Assembly: GCF_009914755.1 (NCBI RefSeq)
Contig: NC_060937.1
From: the human T2T-CHM13v2.0 reference genome, Homo sapiens
Reading direction: 5' to 3' (one strand)
Length of the DNA stretch: 64,000 nucleotides
A program made the translations under genes and the position numbers. How positions within the stretch are numbered: the stretch's first letter is position 1; each line of letters begins with the position of its first letter. Shown piece after piece: positions 43,011-55,605 of the stretch. The notes beneath the pieces are model-generated. The model had not been told where the DNA came from and did no database searches. It saw only the letters and a program-made list of their open reading frames with translations.

Positions 43011-45267
43011 TATAATTACATGTGCATTTGATTTTCTGCTGTCAGAGATTGTGCAGCTTTGAACATTGCATCTGCCTTTTCCCACAGCTGGGACTACCTA
43101 ATTGTCCCTTGCAGTCTCAACTCCATCCAAGCTTCTAAGACCTATCTTAGCCTTGTTGAGAAAGAATTTCAGAATCTGATCTACACTTGTGGAACTCAGG
43201 CACTCGTGTTGTAATCCAATATCAGTGTTTGACCCAGCACTGGAAACTAGGTTTTAGCCTTATTCTGGGAAACTTCATTTCTGTTTATGGAAATTAGACT
43301 TCAGACTTGTTAGTACTTCACAGGGTCCTATTTTCCATCTCTCCCTGTAGGATCACCCCTGCTGTTGTCAGGCTCATCTCCAACTAAAATGTCCTAGAGG
43401 CTCATGCCTAAATCCCACCACACAGGCTGGGACTCTCATTTGTAAATACCTCCCTATGGCTGATGATTGTCTTCCTGGTATTGACTTTTTGAGGACTGGA
43501 TCCCTCAACTGTAGCCAATTGTTGCTAGTCCTGTAGCTTCACCCTGGGTTGCTTCTTTGGCTTAAAGCAATATCCCTCCAGAGCCATATTGAGCATGTGA
43601 TATATTTTACAGCATCCTACATATTTTTATAACTTAAGGAAATGCAATTAATATAACATTAAATGGAAATTATGTGAAAGCTTAGTTTTTCTCTGATGAG
43701 TTAAAGCAGTGAGCTTTCTGAAGGCATGTATTTCATGACACAGTTCATGTCAGCAGTTTTTAAAAAGAATTCTGTCCTTATTTCACACATTTCTTTTCAA
43801 GAGAAAATGTTGAGTACATAAAGAGTTTACAAGAATAAAGCATTTAAAGTTTAATGACTTTTAAATAAATTTTTTATCCTAAAACATTACTAGTCATAAG
43901 CACACTTTCAGATTTATATTCTTTTTTTAAAAAAATCTATATTTAACATAGATGAGGCAGGGTATTAGAAAGTTCTACAAATATATTAGGGTTCTGTATT
44001 TTTCCATAAGCAGAATCCTTGAAAGAGCATGTGTTGGGTTATGGATTTTGTTTTTTTAAAATCTGGTCATATTAAATAAATTAGAAAGGCAAATTGAAGA
44101 TAACACTGTAATATATTGCTAAGTTACCAATTATATGACCATTATTATTATACTATAACTGCAAAGAGATAATAGATGTGATTTTCTCCCTCCCTTTTTT
44201 AGTGCCTCACAAGCAAAATTATTCACAATAAAATAAACTTAATATATGCCATATAATAATTGGAACCTCTCCTACTCCAGCCCATCCCCAATTATTGTAT
44301 ATATGAAGTACATCCTTTTTTCACACACCTCCCACTAGAGGCAAAAGAAATGTTTTATAGGTAGTAAGCAAAAAGGAGATTTCTCTTCTTCTCCTTTTTT
44401 CCCCTCTCCTATTGTTTTATAGTCTCAGTAACCCAGGTGATGTAGTCAGCTCCATCTTCAACAGCACAGATGACCAATTAAGCCCTCAGGGGTGATCTGA
44501 GCAGCACCCCTTTCCTAGGAAAAGCTTTCTCATTGCCTACCATGTACCAGATTTCCACCATAAGAGATGGGTTCCTTTAGATAGTGTTATATTTCCAAGA
44601 ATGACCTATAATAATTACATTTGCAAAATTTTATTGGTCAGAGTAGAACTTGAGGTCCCAAAATGTGTGTGAGAGAGAAACTTTACATAGGCAGAGAAAT
44701 AGAACTGAAGCATTAAGGAAAAGATCTAGATAATATGCCATTGAGAAGGGGTACAGGCAGCCAGAAAGAACATACAGAGACTCAGTAGGACAAAAAAAAA
44801 TCCCTTGTCTTCTTTCTTTTCCTTTCCTGCTTTTTTTCAGTCTGGCTGAGTGTGTTGCCCTTGGGATCAACCAATCACTGCAGCACATTCACACTTTTCT
44901 TGGCCATGTAGTAGCAACTCCACTTCTACCCTGATAATTATCTTGCTTTACTCTTCTTCTTTAAACAAATGTCTAGAGAATACAAAGAAAGTCAATTTTA
45001 TTAATTACGTTACATGGCTTGACATTTTAAATTGTACTTCATAAAAAGAAGTTGGAATTCACAGCTATTTGGGAAAAAAAAGCAGTAGAGAGGAGGAGAG
45101 ATCCTTATCAAGCTCACATCAAGATATAACTTGTTTTAAAATTTATAAAAATAGAAAATTACAGTGTATGGCACATATCTTCATATCATTATAATAGCTG
45201 ATCCTTTTCAGAATATGCTTTCTAAACTTTCATTTGTTTTTAAACACTTTTTAGTTTAAAGTATTAT

Positions 45268-45363
45268 GTATTTAAAAATGTAAAAGTCATCTTGGCTTGT
45301 GGGCCATACACAAACAGGCAATGAATCACATATGGCCTGTGGTCTGTAGTTCGCTGACCTTTG
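45268..45363. mobile_element. MER58 DNA transposon fragment
   Basis: 'atttaaaaatgtaaaagtcatcttggcttgtgggccatacacaaacaggc...tggcctgtggtctgtagttcgctgacc'. Confidence 0.7.
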
Positions 45364-45420
45364 TCTTACATAAATGAATTAGTTCAGTGTCTAGAACATC
45401 ATGAGTAGTGACTTATATGA

Positions 45421-45839
<419 letters not shown>

Positions 45840-46039
45840 TTAAAAATTAACAATGGAACCTCCCTCTTTTCCCTATTCCCTAAATACTATAAAGAAAAAA
45901 AATGTTTTGAATGAAGACTTTGATGAGGTCTGAGACAGAAACCCTCAACACTCTTAAGAAACAATGGATGGTATGCTTTTTAAGGTGGAAAGAAACATCT
46001 TACTTCTGATTTTCTTTATTTTTTTCACTTGAGGTTTGC

Positions 46040-46119
46040 AAGCTGAAAGTCAAAGCTGAATTGCTCAGGACAATAGAACAAAGCTGAGAGTCAAAGCTAA
46101 ATTGCTTAGGACAATAAAA
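46040..46119. repeat. 41-bp tandem duplication
   Basis: aagctgaaagtcaaagctgaattgctcaggacaatagaaca followed directly by aagctgagagtcaaagctaaattgcttaggacaataaaa. Confidence 0.9.
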
Positions 46120-46419
46120 GAGATTATAGAGATTGTGTGTACTGGACAGATCAGTGCAGTTAAGGAGGACAGAAACTTGGTTAAAAATGGGCCTTGCAGA
46201 AAAAGCAAATACAGTTTAAAGGAAATTAATCATATATCACAGTGAAAAAAATTTTCGTTTTTCCACAAACTGTATTATTTGCTAGTATTTAGTTAAGCTG
46301 GGTCTCTTTTAGAATGAGCCTTAGGGAATGTGAGAAGAGTCTATTTACGGACTTTGGCTAAGCCAAAGCCAATCATGGAGGATGGACACCTGTCTGGGAT
46401 TCATGCAGTTTAGTGAACT

Positions 46420-46660
46420 GATTGAGAGCACAGGTTAAGAGTCAAACAGAGCTGGTTTGATAGGTAAAAACCTCAGGTTTTTAAAATTAGCAGTGTAAGA
46501 TGGGAAAACTACTTAACTTCTATCAGTGTTGACAGCTTTGTTTGTAAAATAAATAAAAATTATTGTTTTGCTTTAGGGATAAAGGAAATTGTGCCTTTAA
46601 AGCACTTAGAACAAAATATGGTAAAGAATACACGCCCTGGAAAGCCTAATTATTATTGTA
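46420..46660 (+). mobile_element. MIR SINE
   Basis: 'gagtcaaacagagctggttt...gggaaaactacttaacttctatcag...tttaaagcacttagaaca'. Confidence 0.55.
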
Positions 46661-46944
46661 TGTCTTCATGAAGCCCACTTAAGCCATATTACCTGTGGGA
46701 ACTGCAGATACTGGGCAAGCAACTCCTCTGGAGGCAAAGGCTAAGGACACGTGGAGGAATCAGAGGCAAGAAACCCAACATGGCATAAGCTATCAGTGAC
46801 ACTAACTCAAGAGCAGATGATGGGAGGCCTGTAGCCCCAGGGTCTGGGGAGTAGCTCCAAACAGCCCAATGGATGGAATACCAGATAAGAGGTCCTGCAT
46901 TTAGACTTGGCTAACATTCCAGAAGTACTTTTGATGGCCCACAG

Positions 46945-47109
46945 CACTTGTCTATTGACATTTTGGGCCAGATACTCCTTTGAGGTAGTAGTTGTCCTAC
47001 ATACTAAAGAATATTTAGCAGCATCCCCGGCTTCTACCCAGAAATGTTTTATCATCAGCATAACCCAATGTCCCCTGGGAAGCAAAACATCCCTGGTCGA
47101 GAACCAGTG
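46945..47109 (-). mobile_element. MER20 hAT-Charlie DNA transposon
   Basis: 'ctattgacattttgggccagata...tttagcagcatccccggcttctaccca...aatgtcccctggg..gcaaaa...gagaaccagtg' is the reverse complement of MER20 with an internal deletion. Confidence 0.85.
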
Positions 47110-47844
47110 ATATATGAGGACAGTTTTAATTCCCTCTGATGATCTACAGAAATAATGGCACAAGGTCAAGGGAGTGGACTTTGCGGAAAACAAGAGGTCC
47201 TCAGTGAGGAGACAAGCTGGTGAAACATGATTTACTTACATAAGGATACAAACACTAATGGCATGTACCCATTGGTGAAACATTTAGGGCTCCTTAAGGA
47301 TGTGTGATTTCTGTTCTCAGTCATAAAATAGAATGGAATATTTTGAAGTACACGCTGGTAGGTGTTAGCTTCTGAATCTAAGAAGTCTAGAGGTCCCCCA
47401 GAGCTATCTTTGGCTCTTAGCACCTTTATACTTCATGTTCCTTTGCCTGAAACTTCCTCCCTGAAGGCCAGTACCCATACAGCCACCTACAGGTCACTCA
47501 CCTCACTCCTCTTTCCTTGACCAATTTTCCTGAATCTTTCCTATCTCAGAAGCTATTAGTTCTGGGTATCCTTCCCTGAAGCTCTAGACTGGCTGGATAT
47601 CACTTTCCCGGGCTCCAGCCTGCTTAGTGGTCTATTGCTTCTTCTGGACTAACATTTCCTGAGGGCAAAAACAATATCTTGTTCTCTCATGTATTCCTAG
47701 GATCTAGCATGGTGTCTGGCACATAGTTGGCAATCACGGGGTATTTGTTGAATAACTTGGTAGTTGCTTTGCAGGAAATAAGCACATCTGGGGTAATCAT
47801 ATTTATATTTTGTTTAAAAATCTCTATATTTCAACTCAAAACCA

Positions 47845-48105
47845 GTCAAGTTCCACATATTCTCAGTTATGCATGGGAACTAAGTCATGTGTATGCATGC
47901 ATACACAGTGTGTAAAAATAGACAATGGAGACTTGGAATTGTGTGTGTGTTGGGGGGGTGAAGGATGAGAAAGGGGGATGAAGGATGAGAAATTACAACA
48001 TACACTCTTTGGATGACGGTTACACTAAAAGTCCAGACTTCATTACTGTGCAATATACCCATGAATCAAAATGGCATTTGTACCCTCTAAATTTATACAA
48101 AAAAT
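47845..48105 (+). mobile_element. L1 3' end fragment (L1PB4/L1MA-like)
   Basis: 'atagacaatggagacttggaa...ggatgacggttacactaaaagtccagacttca..actgtgcaatatacccatg..tttgtaccctctaaatttatac'. Confidence 0.85.
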
Positions 48106-49392
48106 TCTCTATTTCAGCTGCTACTTAGGAGCAAGTACCATTTTATGAATAAAGCACCATTGAAGTCATTGCTATTCCTTGAAGCCAAAAAAGGTGATAT
48201 TAGATTTAGAGGTAAACTGGTTAGTGCTAAAGAATCAAGTAATGAAACTAAAACCCACCGTATAGTGTGAAAGCTGAAGAGGCCTTACTCCACTTTGAGT
48301 AGATTTTTCTCTTCTGTAATTTTCAAAGGCTGTGCTTAGAAACTGTTTTTCTCATTTTATTCCCTGTTACTTATTGTTCTGCTGTGTGGATTTTTTCATT
48401 AGAGGTCTATTTGTGCCTGGTTTGCCTTGAGGGAAGGGATGATACAGAACTCTCATCTGTCCCTGTTACTATGTATTATTACTTGGGCAATGTCAAGGCA
48501 AATGCCATATAAATAAATAAAACACTCTGGAAGCTTCAGTTCTCACTGCTAGGCAGCAAAAAGAGCAAATGTTTAACTTTTAAGAGATAGACTTAATAAA
48601 AAGCTGCCATTTTCCCATAGTATGAGAGAAAAAGGATATTTTTCTCAAGCATTTATAATTTAGCATTGAGGATTAATAAAATGTTATTGAGTCTGGCTTT
48701 GTTATCTGTCTGTAACAATGGTTATTTGGTTTTATCACAGCCTGGAAATCTCAGTTCTATGGGGCTTAGTGTATATACTCAGCTATTGCATAATAAAATC
48801 AATCTATTGAAAGGAACAGAATCTTTTATTAGGTGAGGGTGGGCAGAAGAGATTAATTTTTCATCACTCCGAAGGCTCATTTCTGGTTAATCTTGTTTTG
48901 GTTTCCCCAATCATGTGGAGTGTCAGTAAAACCCAGTCAGAATTACCATCTTCTGAACTCCATGCGAGAAAACTCCATTACTCCCAGATACTGTTGGATC
49001 TTCCACCAGGTACTCTTCTTGGGGTAGGGTGTTGGCGGTTCAATTGATGTATACCTTCTGTGCAGCAGATAGCTAACATGTAAATGTAGAGATTGTCAGC
49101 ACAAAGAGGATAGTGCAATTATTTTAACACAAGTAGAGTAAATCTTCTCTATTTTTTTTCCCAAAAGTGAAAGAATGCTTCCAGTATTCTTTCTGTGAAT
49201 ACTTTCACTTCTTTCCCGGAAGAGCTGATAAATTGAGTGTTCTAGTAAAATAAACATCCTTGATAAGAGAGATTCACTACACTGTCCCTAATGTGATACA
49301 TAGACCATCATAGCACTTGCCACATATGGATTGCACATTTTCAAATCATTAAAATCCTAGAGTTCTAAGGACCCTATTGCAGTCAGATACTA

Positions 49393-49930
49393 TGTGATAG
49401 CTATTTGCCAAAGATGGCCTCTAGTATCCATGCTTTTGCATTGTCCCTCTCATATTGAAGCTGGGCTGATCCTGTGACTTGCTGTTTCAAGAGAAGGTGG
49501 CAGAAGTGATGATATATCTGAACTTCTGAGAGCCTGAGCTTCCACATAAGAAGTTCTGTTGCCCTGAAGGAGAGACCACATGGAGAGACAACATGGAAAT
49601 ACTATACAGAGAGGTCATATGAAGAGGGGACACCCCGAGGCTATAGGGAGAGAGAAAGGGAAGCCCAGATTTCCTAGGATCCCAGCTGATCCCAGCTATC
49701 CCTGCCAAGGTGCTAGGTACATGAGTGCATCCATCTTGGACATTCCATCTTGGATATTGAATATGGACCTCCCATCTGACTGCAATTGTGTAAGGAGCTA
49801 TGAGCAAGACCAGCAGGAGAAGATACAGCTGAGACACAGTCAACCCACAGAATCCTCAGAAATAACAGAATAATTGTTGGTTTAGCCACAACATTTTGTG
49901 GCTAATTTGTTATGCACTCATAGATAACAA
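49393..49930 (+). mobile_element. MaLR solo LTR (MLT1F/G-like)
   Basis: 'gccaaagatggcc...gctgggctgatcctgtgacttgc...agctgagacacagtcaacccacagaatc...tttgttatgcactcatagataac'. Confidence 0.75.
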
Positions 49931-50275
49931 AGGTAGACACCCTAAAACACGAATAATTTAGTCTAGCCTTCTTATATTGTAGGTGAGGAAACTGAAGAAA
50001 CTGAAGACCAGAGCAATGAACCCATTTAACCAATGTTACAAAGTAATTTAGAAAAAAAAAATGCTGGAATTAGAAGTCATATATCTGGAGTTTTAATTAA
50101 ATTGTCTGTTAACCTTGCTATGCTGCTTAATATATCACTGTGGCCCAGTAATTCCACTTTTGAGAATATATCATTAGGAAATAATGAGAACAAATTGTGT
50201 CTCAATATGTTCACCATACTATAATTTATAACAAACAATTGGAAACAAACTGTAAGTAAAAGTATAGAGGAACAG

Positions 50276-50629
50276 TGTATTAGTCCGTTTTCACACTGCT
50301 GATAAAGACAGACTGGGCAATTTACAAAAGAAAAAGGTTTAATTGGACTTACAAAGAAGCCTCACTATCATGGTGCAAGGCAAGAAGGAGCAAGTCCCAC
50401 TTTACCTAGTTGGCAGCAGGCAAAGAGAGAAGAAGGAAGATGCAAAAGCAGAAATTCCTGATAAAACCATAAGATCTCCTGAGACTTATTCACTGCCATG
50501 AAAACAATATGGGGGAACCACCCCCATGATTCGATTATCTCCCATAGGGTCCCTCCCACAACATGTGGAAATTATGAGAGTACAGTTCAAGATAAGATTT
50601 GGGTGGGTACACAGAGCCAAACCATATCA
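50276..50629 (-). mobile_element. THE1 (MaLR) solo LTR
   Basis: 'tgtattagtccgttttcacactgctgataaagaca...gggtccctcccacaacatgtgg...acacagagccaaaccatatca'. 5-bp TSD aacag / accag. Confidence 0.93.
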
Positions 50630-51011
50630 ACCAGTAAAGGGATTTCTTGTCTTTGCACTTAAGGAATAACATAGCCATTAAAAATAATGCTTACAAATAT
50701 CATGAAAAACACATGACATTATGGTAAGTGAAAGAAGTGTAACACTGTAACACTTGAAAGCAGGATATGGAACGCTTTACATAAGATCCCCAAGTTAGTT
50801 TTTTTCTTCTTCTAAAGACTAGGTAGGAAAAAAGATTGAAAAGATATCATAAAAACATTAACCATAGTTATTAACAAGTAGTGATGTTAGATAACGCATT
50901 TTTCTTTTTCCCATTTTTTCATGTTATTTCCATATTTTGATATTAGACACATATTTTACACTGAAAAAATGTGTAAAGAAAAGTCAGACTGTACTGACTT
51001 TAAGGCCTTAA

Positions 51012-51390
51012 TTTTTTAAAAAATTTCCATAGGTTTTTGGGAACAGGTGTTATTTGGTTACACGAGTAAGTTCTTTAGTGATGATTTGCGAGATTTTGGT
51101 GCACCCATCACCCAAGCAGTGTACACTGAACCCGATTTGTAGTCTTTTATCCCTCACCTCCCTCCCACTTTTCCCCTGAGTCCTCAAAGTCCCTTGCATT
51201 CCCCTGAGTCCATTGCATCATTCTTATGCCTTTACTTCCTCATAGCTTAGCTCCCACTTATGAGTGAGAACATGTGATGTTTAGTTTTCTATTCCTGAGT
51301 TACTTCACTTAGAATAAGAGTCTCCAGTTCCATCCAGGTTGCTGCAAATGCCATTAATTCAGCTGAGTAGTATTCCAGTGTGTGTGTGTG

Positions 51391-51455
<65 letters not shown>

Positions 51456-53716
51456 ATTTTTTTATCCACTCATTGATTGATGGGCATTTGGGCTGGTTTC
51501 ATGTTTTTGCAATTTCAAATTTTGCTGCTATAAACATGTGTGTGCAAGTATCTTTTTCGTATAATGACTTCTTTTCCTATGGGTAGAAACCCAGCAGTGG
51601 GATTGCTGAATCAAATGGCAGTTCTATTTTTAGATCTTTAAGGAATCTCCACACTGTTTTGCATAGTGGTTGTACCAGTTCTAGTTTACATTCCCACCAG
51701 CAGTGTAGAAGTGTTCCCTTTTCATCTCATCCACACCAACATCTATCATTTTTTGATTTTTTGATTATGGCCATTCTTGCAGGAGTAAGGTGGTGGTATC
51801 ACATTGTGGTTTTGATTTGCATTTCCCTGATCATTAGTGATGCTGAGCATTTTTTCATATGTTTGTTGGCTATTTGTATATCTTCTTTTGAGAATTGTCT
51901 ATTCATGTCCTTAGCCCACTTTTTGATGGGATTGTTTTTTTCTTGTTAATTTGCTTGACTTCCTTGTAGATATTTGTCCTTTGTCAGATGCGTAAATGGT
52001 GAAGACTTTCTCCCACTCTGTGGGTCGTCTTTTACTCTGCTGGCTAACTTTTCCTTTTTTTGTTCAGAAGCTCTTTAGTTTAATTAAGTCCCACCTGTTT
52101 ATCTTTGTTTTTGTTGCATTTGCTTTTGGGTTCTTGGTCATGAAGCCTTTGCCTAAGCCAATGTCTAGAAGGGTTTTTCCAATGTTATCTTCTAGAATTT
52201 TTATAGTTTCATGTCTTAGATTTAAGTCCTTGATCCATCTTGGTTGATTTTTGTATAAAGTGAGAGATAAGGATTCAGTTTGTGGCTTGCCAATTATCCC
52301 AGCATCATTTGTTGAATATGGTATCCTTTCCCCACTTTTATGTTTTTGTTTTCTTTGTTGAAGATCAGTTCACTGTACATATTTGGCTTTACTTCTGGGT
52401 TCGCTATTATATTCTGTTGGTCTATGTGCCAGTTTTTATATCAGTACCATGCTGTTTTGATGATGATGGTCTTATAGTATATTTTGAAGCCAGTTAATGT
52501 GATGCCTCCAGATTTGTTCTTTTTACTTAGTCTTACTTTGGCTATGCAGGCTCTTTCTTGGTCCCACATACATTTTAGGATTGTTTTTTCTAGTTCTGTG
52601 AAGAATGCTGGTGGTATTTTGATGTGAATTGCATTGAATTTGTAGATTCCTTTTTGGCAGTATGGTCATTTTCACAATATTGAGTCTACCCATCCATGCG
52701 CATGGAATGTTTTTCTATTTGTTTGTGTCATCTATGATTTCTTTCAGCAGTGTTTTGTAGTGTTCCTTGTAGAGGTCTTTCACCTCCTTGGTTAGGTATA
52801 TTCCTAAGTATTTTATTTTATTTTTTTGCAGCTATTGTAGAAAGAATTGAATTATTGATTTGATTCTCAGCTTGGTTTGTGTTGGTGTATAGCAGAGCTA
52901 CTGATTTGTATACATTAATCTTGCATCCTGAAATTGTGTTGAATTCATTTATCAGTTTTAGGAGCTTTCTGGAGGAGTCTTTAGGGTTTTCTAGATATAC
53001 AAACATATCATATGCAAACAGTCAATTTGACATCCTCTTTACTGATTTGGATGCCCTTTATTTCTTTCTCTTGCCTGATGGCTCTGACAAGGACTTCCAG
53101 TACTATGTTGAATAGATGTGGTGAGAGTGAGCATCCTTGTATTGTTCCAATTCTGAAAGGGAATGCTTTTACCTTTTCCCTATTCAGTGTTATGCTGGCT
53201 GTGGATTTGTCATAGATGACTTTTATTACACTGAGGTTTGTCCCTTGTTTATCATTTTTGCTGAGGATTTTAATCATAAAAGGATGCTAGATTTTTTTCT
53301 GCATTTGTTGAGATGATCAGGTGATTTTTGTTTTTAATTCTTTTTATGTGGTGTATCACATTTATTGACTTGTATATGTTAAACCATCCTTGCATCCCTG
53401 CTATGAAACTCACTTGATCATGGTGGATTATCTTTTTGATATGCTGTTGGATTCAGTTAGCTAGTATTTTGTCAAGGATTTTTGCTTCTATATTCACCAG
53501 GGATATTGGTCTGTAGTTTTCTTTTTGTTTTTTTTGTTATGTCCTTTCCTGGTTTTGGTATTAAGGTTATACTGGCTTCATATAATGATTTAGGGAGGAT
53601 ACCCTCTTTCTCTATCTTGTGGAATAGTGTCAATAGGATTGTTACCAATCCTTCTTTGAATGTCTGATAGAATTCAGCTGTGAATCCATCTTGTCCTGGA
53701 CATTTTATGGTTGGTA
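51012..53716 (-). mobile_element. L1PB-like LINE-1 fragment (3' UTR + ORF2 3' half)
   Basis: Antisense 'atttccataggtttttgggaacagg..gattttggtgcacccatcaccc..catagcttagctcccacttatgagtgagaaca'. ORF2 remnant '[35 protein letters not shown]'. Confidence 0.93.
51378..51451. repeat. (GT)n(TA)n microsatellite within the L1
   Basis: Read directly. About 27 uninterrupted TA units. Confidence 0.97.
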
Positions 53717-53717
53717 A

Positions 53718-54014
53718 TTTTTTTTTTTTTTTTTGAGATGGAGTCTTGCTCTGTCACCCAGGCTAGAGTGCAGTGGCATGATCTCGGCTCACTGAAACCT
53801 CTGCCTCCCGGATTCAAGTGATTTTCCTGCCTCAGCCTCCCAAATAGCTGGGATTATAGGCACCAGCCACCACGCCTGGCTAATTTTTGTACTTTTAGTA
53901 GAGACGGGATTTTACCATCTTGGCTAGGCTGCTCTTGAACTCCTGACCTCGTGATCCACCTGCCCTGGCCTCCCAAAGTACAGGGATTACAGGCGTGAGC
54001 CACTGTGCCCGGCT
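53718..54014 (-). mobile_element. AluS (Sg-like)
   Basis: Full antisense Alu with 'gaactcctgacctcgtgatcc'. Confidence 0.93.
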
Positions 54015-54251
54015 GGTTTTTCTTTTTCCTAGAGTGAGAGGTCATTATCTTCCATAGAGTATTCAGTCAGTAACAACCAGAATTGAAGGTTCTGCAACAT
54101 TACTGCCCCCACTGCCATTTTTCCTGGTTGAATAAATCATGGTCATGACAATTCATCTGGCTTTACTTTGATCTTCATCTTTATTCAATCATGCTATAAT
54201 GTTTTCCTGATTTTTCTGCAATTTGGGGAGGAAACAGTGGCCACGAGGAAG

Positions 54252-54303
54252 GGGTGGGAGGTAGACAAGGTCAGGGTGGGAGGTAGACAAGGTCAGGGTG
54301 GGA
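54252..54303. repeat. 22-bp tandem repeat (2.4 perfect copies)
   Basis: gggtgggaggtagacaaggtca x2, then gggtggga. Confidence 0.95.
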
Positions 54304-54639
54304 AGATAGTATTGAACTTTACTTCTTGAAATGTGAAAAAAAAAATGTTTGACTACAAGGCCATATGCCCCAACACTGGATTAATATCATGTTAGCAGAA
54401 GATGTCTAGTGTTGACTTTGGCTCTGATTACTTCAGTTAACTGTTTCCTTGAATGAAATATGGAAGGCAGTCCCAATGACTTACTGTATAATCCTATAAT
54501 TTTTATTTAAGTTACTGGTACAAAAGTATAGATCATTTGTATTACTGACAGTTTTGCTTAATTTATTCTACTAATAACATTTGATTGGTACTTATACTTT
54601 GAATGGTAGAATCAGGATCTAGGATGATAATGAAAGTTG

Positions 54640-55270
54640 GTATTATTAGGTTGATGTGAACAATATGAAATTTAATGAAGATAAATGTAAGAACTGGCCC
54701 TTAGGTCCAACAAAGCAAAGTAAAAACAGGTGAGAGAAGATATACATTTGGTTTAGCATATAGATCAAACACTCTGAGGCTTTGGCTTATGGTAAGCTTC
54801 AAGAGAGACAACACTTTGGCGTGGGTGCTCAGAGAATCTCTGTAATCACAGGCTTATTAACAGAACAATAGAATAATGATGCAAACAGTGCCAGACTCTT
54901 TGCATTGATCAGATCACCTCTGGAATATTGTTTTAAGTTCTAGGTGCCTTAAAGCATATGGATATATATTCATATTAGATTGCTAAGAGTTGAAGTCATG
55001 TCATAGAGAAAACAAACAAAGAATGTTTGCTGGGGTGAGGGTGGGGTAGCATTATAGCTATCTTTAAATATTAAATGATTTTCCAAGTGGAATGTGACCA
55101 AGGACTGGTATACAAGATATAAGGTTAGGGTGAATGAATGATAACTAAGCCAGAGCATATTTTTTTAACATGAGGAAGATATTTTTAACAGACAGCGCTC
55201 TTTCAAGATGTCATGGGCTGCCTCATTAGGAGGCAAGTGTTTAGCTCTAAAGGCATTCAAGAAGATGCTG
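54640..55270 (+). mobile_element. L3/CR1 ancient LINE fragment
   Basis: 'aatatgaaatttaatgaagataaatgtaag' (M.FN..KCK) and 'ctctttgcattgatcagatcacctctggaatattgttttaagttctagg' (LY.AL.RP.LEYCVQFW-like) are CR1 ORF2 C-terminal signatures. Confidence 0.75.
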
Positions 55271-55272
55271 GA

Positions 55273-55605
<333 letters not shown>

